This document shows, piece after piece, positions 48,831 through 56,972 of a DNA stretch of 64,000 nt. Location of the stretch: positions 51,249 through 115,248 of the forward strand of contig JAHFDN010000001.1 in the NCBI GenBank assembly GCA_023248995.1. Direction: 5' to 3'. Made by a program: the position numbers and the translations under genes. Positions within the stretch are counted from its first letter, which is position 1. Every line of letters starts with the position of its first letter. The notes below the pieces were generated by a model. That model was not told the origin of the DNA and ran no database searches. It worked only from the letters and a program-made list of their open reading frames with translations. Source of the stretch: Candidatus Rokuibacteriota bacterium (lineage in GTDB: Bacteria; Methylomirabilota; Methylomirabilia; Rokubacteriales; CSP1-6).

Positions 48831-48843
48831 TGGGCGGCTCCTT

Positions 48844-49650
48844 TCAGTTGTGACTCGAATAGTAACCGATGATCGCGCGGACCAACCCCGGAATCGTGTA
48901 CTCCGACGGCATGATGCGAGTGTCCCACCCGAACTCTGCCGCGGTGCCGGCCGTGATGGGGCCGATACACGCGACCACCACGTTCCGAAAGACAGAGCGG
49001 CGCTCGTCTTCGGAAAACATCGCCGCGAAGTTGCGCGCCGTGGACGAGCTCGTGAACGTCACCACGTCCACCTGATCGGCCGCGAGCGCGCTGCGCAACG
49101 CGGGGGCCCCCTCCTGCACGGGCAGGGTCCGGTAGGCCGGGACCTCCCGCACCCGGGCGCCCAGCCGCTCGAGCTCCGTCGCCAGCAGATCTCGCGCCTG
49201 GGCTGCGCGCGGCAGGAGCACCCGATCCTCGGGGCGGATCAGCGCCCGCAGGCGTTCCAGCAACCCCTCCGCCCGATACTCCTCCGGGACCAGCTCGGGC
49301 CGGATGCCCCACTCCTCGAGCGCCGCCGCGGTCGCCGGGCCGATGGCGGCGACGCGGGCGTTCGAGAGGTCGCGCGCGCTCTTTGCCTTCGCGGCGAGGC
49401 GGTGCCGAACGCTCTCGACGCCGTTGACGCTCGTAAAGATGATCCAGTGGAATCGCTCGAGCTCGGCGATCGCGCGATCGAGCGGCTCCCACGACTCCGG
49501 AGGCTCGATCCGGATTGTGGGGAGCTCGAGCACCACCGCGCCCGCCTCCTCCAGGAGGCGACGCAGGTGCCCCGCCTGCTCCCGCGCGCGGGTGATCACG
49601 ACCCGCCTTCCGGCGAGCGGGCGCGACCGAACACCCGGACTGATGGTCAT
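48844..49650 (-). CDS. hemD: Uroporphyrinogen-III synthase
   Basis: [34 protein letters not shown]. Confidence 0.93.
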   Translation of the reverse strand: MTISPGVRSRPLAGRRVVITRAREQAGHLRRLLEEAGAVVLELPTIRIEPPESWEPLDRAIAELERFHWIIFTSVNGVESVRHRLAAKAKSARDLSNARVAAIGPATAAALEEWGIRPELVPEEYRAEGLLERLRALIRPEDRVLLPRAAQARDLLATELERLGARVREVPAYRTLPVQEGAPALRSALAADQVDVVTFTSSSTARNFAAMFSEDERRSVFRNVVVACIGPITAGTAAEFGWDTRIMPSEYTIPGLVRAIIGYYSSHN

Positions 49651-50582
49651 GGCTTCCCCGCCTCGACCGCGCGGAGGATGGCTCCAGCCCCGCGGGCCAT
49701 GAGCTCCTCGGCCAGCCTCTGGCCGAGCAACCCGGCGCCGGTGGCAGCGCCCGTCGTCTGCCCGCGCAGCACCTGCCGACCGTCGAGGCTCGCCACGAGA
49801 CCTCGCAGAACGAGCTCGCCGTTCACAAACCGGGCGTGGGCGGCCACGGGAGTGTGACAGCTGGCCCCGAGGTGTCGCAGGAACGAGCGTTCCGCTTCGG
49901 CCCGCCATCGCGTCTCCTGGTGGTCCACGCCTTTCGAGAGTTCGAGCCACCGGCGGTCATCCGCGCGCGCCTCCACGGCGAGGATGCCCTGCCCGACGGC
50001 CGGCACGAAGAGGTCCGGGTCGAGCGGCTCGGCGCGGTCCGGCTCAAGGCCGAGCCTCGCGAGGCCGGCCGCCGCGATCACGATCGCGTCCCAGGCGCCC
50101 GCCGAAAGCTTCTGAAGACGCGTGTCCACGTTGCCCCGGATCGGCTCGATCCGCAGGTCGTCTCTCTCGGAGAGGAGGAGCGCCCGGCGCCTGAGGCTCG
50201 ACGTCCCGACGCTGGCGCCCCGGGGAAGATCGCCGAGGCCACCACCCGTCCGGCTCACCAGCACGTCGCGGGGGTCGTCTCGGGGGGGAAACGCCACCAG
50301 GCGAAGCGCGTCCGGAAGCGCGGCGGGGAGGTCCTTCAGGCTGTGGACTGCGAGATCCACGCGTCCGTCGAGCAACGCCTCCTCCAGTTCCTTGACGAAA
50401 AGCCCTTTCCCGCCGAGATTGCCGAGCGAGACCTGGGCCAACCGATCTCCCGACGTCTTCATCGGGACGATCTCCACGCTCACGACCGAACCGGATCGCC
50501 GCAGACAGTCGGCCACCATCGCGGCCTGACGAAGCGCTAGGGCGCTGCCCCGGGTCCCCAGGCGAAGCCGTTCCCCGCTCAC
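49647..50582 (-). CDS. hemC: Hydroxymethylbilane synthase
   Basis: GTRGSALA, GKGLFVKE, VHSLKD, GTSSLRR, RGNVDTR, LGASCHTP. Confidence 0.97.
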   Translation of the reverse strand: MSGERLRLGTRGSALALRQAAMVADCLRRSGSVVSVEIVPMKTSGDRLAQVSLGNLGGKGLFVKELEEALLDGRVDLAVHSLKDLPAALPDALRLVAFPPRDDPRDVLVSRTGGGLGDLPRGASVGTSSLRRRALLLSERDDLRIEPIRGNVDTRLQKLSAGAWDAIVIAAAGLARLGLEPDRAEPLDPDLFVPAVGQGILAVEARADDRRWLELSKGVDHQETRWRAEAERSFLRHLGASCHTPVAAHARFVNGELVLRGLVASLDGRQVLRGQTTGAATGAGLLGQRLAEELMARGAGAILRAVEAGKP

Positions 50583-51862
50583 TCGTCGTGCCGCCCACGG
50601 CCGAGGCCAAATAGCTCGTGGATCATCTCCGTCCAGCTGCGCCCCTGGCCGCTGCGGGACGACTCGCGGAGCTTGACGATCGGGGTGTGGAGGATCTTGT
50701 TGACGATCGACTGGGAAAGGGCGTCCATGGCCTGACGGGTCCGGAGATCCGCGTCGGGGAGGTTCTCCAGCGCCTTCGCCACCTCGCCGCGTCGGATGCC
50801 TTCCAGGCGCTCGCGCAGGGACACGATCGTCGGCACCACCTCCAAGTCGTGGCCGTGCGCCACGAACCGGGCCACTTCGCGCTCCACCAGCGCCTCGGCC
50901 TTCTGCGCCTCCCGCAGCCGCTCCCTCAGGTTGGACTCGACGACCTGCTTGAGATCGTCGATGTCATAAGAGAAGACGGTCTCGAGCTCGTTGATCCCCG
51001 GCTCGACGTCGCGGGGGACGCCGATGTCGATGAAGAAGAGGGGGCGTGAGCGGCGCGTCTCGAGCGCGCCCTCGACGTCCGTCTTCCGCACGATGGGCTC
51101 CGGGGCGCCGGTGGACGTGATCACGATGTCCACCGCCGCGAGCGCGCCCGGCCATTCGTCGAAGGGCACCGGGGTTCCCGCGAGCACCCGCGCCATTTCC
51201 TGCGCCCGCCTCCAGGTTCGGTTGGCCACGAAAATCGGGAACGCCCCCTGGTCCACCAGGTGCTTGGCCGCCAGCTCGCCCATCTTGCCGGCCCCGATCA
51301 GCAGCACGGACTTGCCGTCGAGACTCCCGAAGATTTTCCGGGCCAGCTCCACGGCGGCGTACGAGACCGAGACGGCATGTCGCGCCAGCTCGGTCTCAGT
51401 TCTGACCTTCTTGGCGACCCCGAAGGCCCGGCTCCAGAGGCGGTGGAGGCGGGGACCGACCGTCTGGCAGCCCTGGGCCAGGGCGAAGGCCTCTTTGACC
51501 TGTCCCAGGATCTGCGGCTCCCCGATGATCATCGAGTCCAGGCTGGCCGCCACGCGGAAGCAGTGGGCGACCGCCTCGGCTCCCGATTTGGTGTAGAGCA
51601 GGGTTTCGAGGGAGGTGGGGTCCACGCCGCGATGCTGGCCGAGTCGGCGGAACGCGAGGGCGCGCGCCTCCCCGGGCGCCTCGGCTACGCCGTAGACCTC
51701 GACGCGGTTACAGGTGGAGACGATCATCACCTCGGAGACCACGCCGGTGGCGCAGAGGTCCACGAGGATCTCGCGGAGCTTGTCCTCCTCCACGACCAGC
51801 TGCTCGCGCACGGCGATCGGCGCGGTCTTGTGGCTGAGACCCGAGATGAACAGCTCAGGCAT
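50579..51862 (-). CDS. hemA: Glutamyl-tRNA reductase
   Basis: GLSHKTAP, STCNRVE, SLDSMIIGEPQILGQVK, GAGKMG, DIGVPRD. Confidence 0.97.
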   Translation of the reverse strand: MPELFISGLSHKTAPIAVREQLVVEEDKLREILVDLCATGVVSEVMIVSTCNRVEVYGVAEAPGEARALAFRRLGQHRGVDPTSLETLLYTKSGAEAVAHCFRVAASLDSMIIGEPQILGQVKEAFALAQGCQTVGPRLHRLWSRAFGVAKKVRTETELARHAVSVSYAAVELARKIFGSLDGKSVLLIGAGKMGELAAKHLVDQGAFPIFVANRTWRRAQEMARVLAGTPVPFDEWPGALAAVDIVITSTGAPEPIVRKTDVEGALETRRSRPLFFIDIGVPRDVEPGINELETVFSYDIDDLKQVVESNLRERLREAQKAEALVEREVARFVAHGHDLEVVPTIVSLRERLEGIRRGEVAKALENLPDADLRTRQAMDALSQSIVNKILHTPIVKLRESSRSGQGRSWTEMIHELFGLGRGRHDE

Positions 51863-52671
51863 TACGAGCCGTGCCGGCCGGGGAGCAGGAGCCCGGCGCC
51901 GAGCGTCAGCGCGAGAGCGCCGAACCCGACCACGGCGAAGAAGGCCGCGCGCCGGCCGCGCCATCCCGCGATGGCCCGGCCCCCGAGCGTCGCGGCGTAG
52001 ACGAGCCATGCCAGGACGGAGAGAAGCGCCAGGGGGTCAAACGTGAACAGGCTGCCCCATGCGGTGCGGGCCCACAGGGCTCCCAGAAACAGGCCGAGCG
52101 TCAAGAACGGAAAGCCCAGCGTCAGCGCCCGATAGGTTATCCGGTCCAGCGTCTCGAGGGACGGGAGCCGGTAGTAGAGGGCGCCGGGGCGCTTTGCCTT
52201 CAGCTGCCGCTCCTGGAGCAGATACATGACGCCCCCGGCGAAGTTCAGGACGAAGGCCGAAATGCCCAGCATCGCCAGCGTCACGTGACCCCAGATCCAG
52301 GCGCTCCTCAGGGCGGGAGCCAGGTTGGTGAGGCCCGGCGGGAGCCACGCCGCCGAGACGCCCAGGACCGACACGAGCGGCAGCACGAAAGCCCCGAGCA
52401 CCTTGACCCCGTACTGCCGCTCTGCCCACAGGGTGAAGAGCACAGCGGCCCACGCCACCACCGACATGGCCTCGACGAGCGTGCCGAGCGGGGGACGACC
52501 CAGTTCGACCCCCCGGACGACAAGGGCCAGCGTGTGGACGACCCAGCCCCCTTGCGTCAGGAGTGAGGCGGCTCGATGGATACGGTCCTGGCGCTGGATG
52601 AGGTGCACCAGCGCCAGCGCGGTCGCGCCCACATACGCCAGGAGGGCCAGGTCCAGGAGCACCAGGTTCAC
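51862..52671 (-). CDS. ccsA: Cytochrome c assembly protein (CcsA/HemX-like)
   Basis: WIWGHV, YLLQERQLK, LPSLETLD, GALWA...WG, C-terminal GRH; upstream of hemA. Confidence 0.85.
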   Translation of the reverse strand: MNLVLLDLALLAYVGATALALVHLIQRQDRIHRAASLLTQGGWVVHTLALVVRGVELGRPPLGTLVEAMSVVAWAAVLFTLWAERQYGVKVLGAFVLPLVSVLGVSAAWLPPGLTNLAPALRSAWIWGHVTLAMLGISAFVLNFAGGVMYLLQERQLKAKRPGALYYRLPSLETLDRITYRALTLGFPFLTLGLFLGALWARTAWGSLFTFDPLALLSVLAWLVYAATLGGRAIAGWRGRRAAFFAVVGFGALALTLGAGLLLPGRHGS

Positions 52672-52729
52672 CAGGCCACCACCCTCACTCTCTCCCTGCG
52701 TCTGGAAACTCGGCAAAAAACCTACGAAA

Positions 52730-52758
52730 AGTCTATCAGCCCGGTGCCGCACTTTCAA
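52730..52758 (-). promoter_or_regulatory. Sigma70-type promoter of ccsA-hem operon
   Basis: TTGAAA-17 nt-TAGACT with extended TG. Confidence 0.65.
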
Positions 52759-52865
52759 GATAGAGTTGACAGACTCTCTCTTGTGCACCTGGAGCACGTG
52801 GGAGGACCAACCGATTCTGCCCGGAGGGGGAACTGGGAGGTACGATCTTCGTGGACGGCGGGCCG

Positions 52866-53747
52866 TCACCCCGGCGTTGAGCCCGGTGGCGCGAGCTGGA
52901 TCAGGCTCGGCGTGGCCCGCCAGTACCCTTTGCCGCGGGCGATCACATCCAGGTGCGGCGTCCCCCAGTCCTCGATCAGCGCGGACGCGGCGTTCCAGCG
53001 GACGCGGCGATCCACCCCCTTGATGTAGCCCCGACACACGTCGCACGCCTCGATCAGGTAGCCTTCCTCCTGCTCCTCGGCGGCCAAGCGCGTGAGCGTC
53101 CTGGCGTCGCGGTTATCGCAGAACGGGCACCGGAGTCGCCCGATGCTCCAACGGCCCCCGCAGAGCGCGCATGAGAGCCAGCGCTTGCCGTCGTCAGCGA
53201 GGTCGGCGAACGCGGGTGGGGCCGAGCAGAACGGGCAGGCGCCTACGTCCCAGAGGTCGGGCGAGAACAGGGGCTGGACCCGCCCGAAGTACGCCTCGAG
53301 CGGAGGACGGAGCCCGACGTAGGTGATGAAGGAGAGGAGGTCGGCGGAGATTCCCAGCGCCTCGCCCTCCCGGCGCCTCCCCTCGCCGCTCAACCCTGGC
53401 AGGAGCGATTCGGGAGCGAGCCGCCCCTCATCCCACGCCTCCGCGAAGCGGCTCACGGCCTGTGCCTCCTCCTCGCCCAGGGCGGCGAGTTCCTGCAGAA
53501 CCGGCGCCAGGAGCGGCTCGAGCGAGTCCCGGTCGAACGCGGGGGGCGAGCTGACGATGACCGCGACGCCGGCGTGCCAACGCCTCCGGCATTCGTCCTG
53601 GTCCAGACCAAGGACGGGGATACCAGGCGGCGCCCAGCGCCCCCACGCGTCGAGGACGACGCCAAAGAGATGGAGCGAATCCTGGAAGGCGGGTCTCCGC
53701 GTGAGGAGGTCTTCCCACTCGGCCGCAAGGGTTGCGTGCTGAGGCAT
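52866..53747 (-). CDS. fdhE: Formate dehydrogenase accessory protein FdhE
   Basis: CPFC, CALC..RW...RLRCPFC, CDVCRGYIK, HLDVIA...GY. Confidence 0.9.
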   Translation of the reverse strand: MPQHATLAAEWEDLLTRRPAFQDSLHLFGVVLDAWGRWAPPGIPVLGLDQDECRRRWHAGVAVIVSSPPAFDRDSLEPLLAPVLQELAALGEEEAQAVSRFAEAWDEGRLAPESLLPGLSGEGRRREGEALGISADLLSFITYVGLRPPLEAYFGRVQPLFSPDLWDVGACPFCSAPPAFADLADDGKRWLSCALCGGRWSIGRLRCPFCDNRDARTLTRLAAEEQEEGYLIEACDVCRGYIKGVDRRVRWNAASALIEDWGTPHLDVIARGKGYWRATPSLIQLAPPGSTPG

Positions 53748-53756
53748 GGGCGGGAC

Positions 53757-54512
53757 TCAGAGCAGGCTGACGTCCACCGCGTCGCCCGCGTAGAGGTTGA
53801 GGCTGTCGGACCGCACGTACCCGACGATCGTGACGCCGAGCTGCTCGGCGAGGCTGACAGCCATCTCGGTCGGAGAAGTCCGGGAGGCGATCAGCGGCAC
53901 GCCCATGCGCACGGCCTTGAGCAGCATCTCGGAGGAGATCCGTCCCGTGGACAGGAGGATCCGGTCGGTCGTCGGCACCTCCTTGAGCAGGGCTTCGCCC
54001 TTCACCTTGTCCACCGCGTTGTGGCGCCCGACGTCCTCGGCGACGATGAGCAGCCGATCTCCGTCGGCCAGCGCGGCGCCGTGGATCCCCCGGGACGCCC
54101 GATAGTTCACGCCCGCGGCGAACAGCTCGCGCATCCGGTCGGACAGCTGCTGGGGGCGAACCTTGAGCGCCGACCGGATCCGGGGAAAGAGGCGGGGGTC
54201 GATGCGGAACGTGATGCCGCCCCCGCACCCCGACGTGAGAATCCGCTCCGTGGGAAGCTCCACCTCGCGCATCAGGGTCACATCCGCCCTACCGTCCACT
54301 TCCGAGACCTCGAGCCGTCGGATGTCGTCGAGCGACCCGATAACTTTCTCCAGCCAGAGGTAGCCGACCACCAAACAGTCGAGCTTGAGGGGGGAGCACA
54401 GGAGGGTGATGAACTTTTTCCCGTTCACGTGGACGACGAGCGGCTGCTCGCGCACGACCTCGCCCTTGACCTCCTGGGCGCGACCCCCCTTTAGCTGGAT
54501 GAAGCTCCGCAT
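53757..54512 (-). CDS. fdhD: Formate dehydrogenase sulfurtransferase FdhD
   Basis: VREQPL, TSGCG, GIHGAAL, EDVGRHNAVDK, STGRISSEM. Confidence 0.93.
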   Translation of the reverse strand: MRSFIQLKGGRAQEVKGEVVREQPLVVHVNGKKFITLLCSPLKLDCLVVGYLWLEKVIGSLDDIRRLEVSEVDGRADVTLMREVELPTERILTSGCGGGITFRIDPRLFPRIRSALKVRPQQLSDRMRELFAAGVNYRASRGIHGAALADGDRLLIVAEDVGRHNAVDKVKGEALLKEVPTTDRILLSTGRISSEMLLKAVRMGVPLIASRTSPTEMAVSLAEQLGVTIVGYVRSDSLNLYAGDAVDVSLL

Positions 54513-54544
54513 GGGCTCCCCGGTCCGGATATTGTAACAGACGG

Positions 54545-55201
54545 TCAGCGGAAGCGCGCCTCTTCGACCCGGGCTAGGCTCTCGAGCTTGTGAACCCGCT
54601 CGTCGTACCCGATCTGACGGAAGAGATCCGCCAGCGACCCAAAGCGGCCGTAGTCGTCGGCGAACATGCTCTCGAAGGGCTCGGCCTCGAGTGCGGGATT
54701 CTCGGCCACGTACTCCATGTACTCGTGCTCGGCGTGATCCTCGAAGTGGGCGTTCAAGAGATAGCTCCGCGCCGGGCGGATGACATAGAGGAGCCACGAG
54801 ATGTGGTAGTAGATGAAGGCGATCACCTGGGGGAGGAGCCGGTACCAGGGGAAGTTTTCGTGGATGTGTTTTCTGTCCGTGAGCTCTTCCAGGATCAAGA
54901 GGTGCCACTGCTCGTTGTCCTGCTGGATCCGGCTCTCTTTGACCCGGTCGAAGATGCGTCGCGCCAAGTCGGGGTAGGCATGGGTATGGGTGATCGCAAT
55001 GTAGGCGACGTGCTCCCACGATTGGTAAGGCACTCGGGCAATAACCTCGAGAACCTTGAACTTGCTGAGGGTCTTACGACGGCCGTACAGCAGATCCATC
55101 CCGACGAAGAGGAGGCGGGCGAGCAGACCGTAGCGCATCCGGGGGGAGGCCAGAGTCTTCTCCTGCTCTAGCTTCAGCCGGTCTGAGGTCAACCGTTCCA
55201 T
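54545..55201 (-). CDS. Alternative oxidase / PTOX-like di-iron quinol oxidase
   Basis: FKVLEVIARVPY, NEQWHLLILEE, YLLNAHFEDHAEHEY, IGYDERVH: the E / ExxH / E / ExxH di-iron ligand set. Confidence 0.85.
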   Translation of the reverse strand: MERLTSDRLKLEQEKTLASPRMRYGLLARLLFVGMDLLYGRRKTLSKFKVLEVIARVPYQSWEHVAYIAITHTHAYPDLARRIFDRVKESRIQQDNEQWHLLILEELTDRKHIHENFPWYRLLPQVIAFIYYHISWLLYVIRPARSYLLNAHFEDHAEHEYMEYVAENPALEAEPFESMFADDYGRFGSLADLFRQIGYDERVHKLESLARVEEARFR

Positions 55202-55209
55202 CTAGCCGC

Positions 55210-55240
55210 AAAAAGGAAGAGGCCCCCACGGGGCCTCTTC
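55210..55240 (-). terminator. Intrinsic terminator after the fdh operon
   Basis: GAAGAGGCCCC-GTG-GGGGCCTCTTC followed by CTTTTT. Confidence 0.85.
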
Positions 55241-55263
55241 AGCATTCAGCGCGCCGCTTCGAG

Positions 55264-56199
55264 TCAGGAGAGGACGACCTGCCCCGCGGCCATGATCACG
55301 TGCTTGACCAGCAAGCCACCCAGCAGGATCAGGACGGCGGAAATGGCCACGAGCCCCGGGCTCCCGCGCTGGCGCCGGATCACCTCCAGAACCAGTGGTA
55401 CGATCGATCCCACGACCACAGCCCCGAGCCAGAAGGTCATACTGTACGGGCCGCTGACGAGCAACGCCAGTGACTGCGCCGCACCCTCCGCGCCGGACAT
55501 CTCGACCGTCAGGAGAAATAGGGCCAGGGTCACGACCTGCAGCAACAGGGCGGGGATTGTGACCCACCGCATCTGGTTGAGGCTCCCTCCTGCTTCTCGG
55601 CCGAGGAACGACAGGATCAGGGCGATCGCCGCGGCCCCCGAGGTCGCGCCGACTGCCAGGAACAGGGCGCCCAGGAAGCGTCCGTTCTGGAAGAGGGGGC
55701 GGGCGGTTGCGCCGAGGAGCACGCCGGGGTAGGCCGCGAGGAAGAAGGCGAAGAATCCCCCGAGGACCCCTGCGGTGCTGCGGAGCGCCGAGAGGTCGCG
55801 CCCCGGCCCCGCATCCTCCAAAAATACCGACAGTGCCGCCAGCAAGGTGAACAGGCCGAATCCCGTGAGGGCCCAGGCCCCCATGTTCATCGGCGAAAAC
55901 GGCTTGATATGGATCGCCCCCAGGTTGATCGCATCCATGCCGATCGTGGTGTCGGGCTTGGCCACCATGAGCATGTGGAGGAAGCGGCTCGGTATCCCGA
56001 GGTCAACGGTCAGGAGGATCGGCGCGGGGATCAAGGCGATGAGGGCCAGGTAGTAGCCGACCCTGACCACTTCACGGTTCCGCTTGCCGCCCACCAGATG
56101 GGCGATCGTGGCGATCACAAACGCCCCGCCGGCGAGCCCGCCGAGGAAGAAATAGAAGTCGATCAGAAAGGGCCAGTCCGCGCTCTTGAGGAGGGGCAT
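55264..56199 (-). CDS. NrfD/PsrC-type membrane anchor of formate dehydrogenase
   Basis: YFFLGGLAGG, DLGIPSRF, SPMNMGAWAL, YPGVLL. Confidence 0.9.
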   Translation of the reverse strand: MPLLKSADWPFLIDFYFFLGGLAGGAFVIATIAHLVGGKRNREVVRVGYYLALIALIPAPILLTVDLGIPSRFLHMLMVAKPDTTIGMDAINLGAIHIKPFSPMNMGAWALTGFGLFTLLAALSVFLEDAGPGRDLSALRSTAGVLGGFFAFFLAAYPGVLLGATARPLFQNGRFLGALFLAVGATSGAAAIALILSFLGREAGGSLNQMRWVTIPALLLQVVTLALFLLTVEMSGAEGAAQSLALLVSGPYSMTFWLGAVVVGSIVPLVLEVIRRQRGSPGLVAISAVLILLGGLLVKHVIMAAGQVVLS

Positions 56200-56202
56200 C
56201 GG

Positions 56203-56970
56203 CTACTCCTTTCCGCCCCGCTCCCTGAAGGCCACCAGGGCGCCGACCCCCACCAGCAGGGCCGAGCCGATGGACAGGAGCGAGTCCACGAAGACGTTGT
56301 TCTGCGGGAGCCGAGGCTTCTCCGGCAGGCCGTACACGGACGGCCGGTCCAGGAGCAGGAAGAACGCGTTGAGGCCGCCCAGGGGACCGTTCTGGTCCTC
56401 GCCGTAGAGCTGGGCGTTCTTGAAGCCCATCTTCTTGAGATCCTCGACGCGCTTCCGGGCCCTGGCGGCCAGCTCGTCCCTGAAGCCGAAACTGATGGAC
56501 TGGGTGGGACAGGCTTTGGCGCAGGCCGGGCCCAGGCCGTTGTGGAGCCGGTCGTTGCAGAACGTGCACTTGTTGGCGCGACCGGTGTCGTGGTTGAACG
56601 CCACCACGCCGAAGGGGCAGGCCGAGACGCAGTACCGGCAGCCGTTACAGATGTCCTGGTTGATGTTGACGGTGCCGTACTGGGTCCGGTAGATGGCGCC
56701 GGTGGGACAGGCCTCGAGGCAGCCCGCCTGGGCGCAGTGTTTGCAGACGTCGGACATCAGGTGCCACATGAGGGCACCTTTGTCATCCTTCTTTTCGATG
56801 AAGCGCACGAGGCGGTAGCTCTTGTCGGTGAAGTGGGCATGGTTCTGGTATGTTCCGGTCCACTCCGGCTCCTCTGCCGGGAGCTGGTTCCACTGCTTGC
56901 AGGCAACCTGGCAGGCGCGACAGCCGATGCACAGGGAGACATCCGTGAACATCGCGACCGTGCGGGCCAT
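56203..56970 (-). CDS. Formate dehydrogenase Fe-S subunit
   Basis: CIGCRACQVACK, CKHC...CLEACP, CNGCRYCVSACP, KCTFC...CAKACP; C-terminal TM helix. Confidence 0.93.
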   Translation of the reverse strand: MARTVAMFTDVSLCIGCRACQVACKQWNQLPAEEPEWTGTYQNHAHFTDKSYRLVRFIEKKDDKGALMWHLMSDVCKHCAQAGCLEACPTGAIYRTQYGTVNINQDICNGCRYCVSACPFGVVAFNHDTGRANKCTFCNDRLHNGLGPACAKACPTQSISFGFRDELAARARKRVEDLKKMGFKNAQLYGEDQNGPLGGLNAFFLLLDRPSVYGLPEKPRLPQNNVFVDSLLSIGSALLVGVGALVAFRERGGKE

Positions 56971-56972
56971 GG

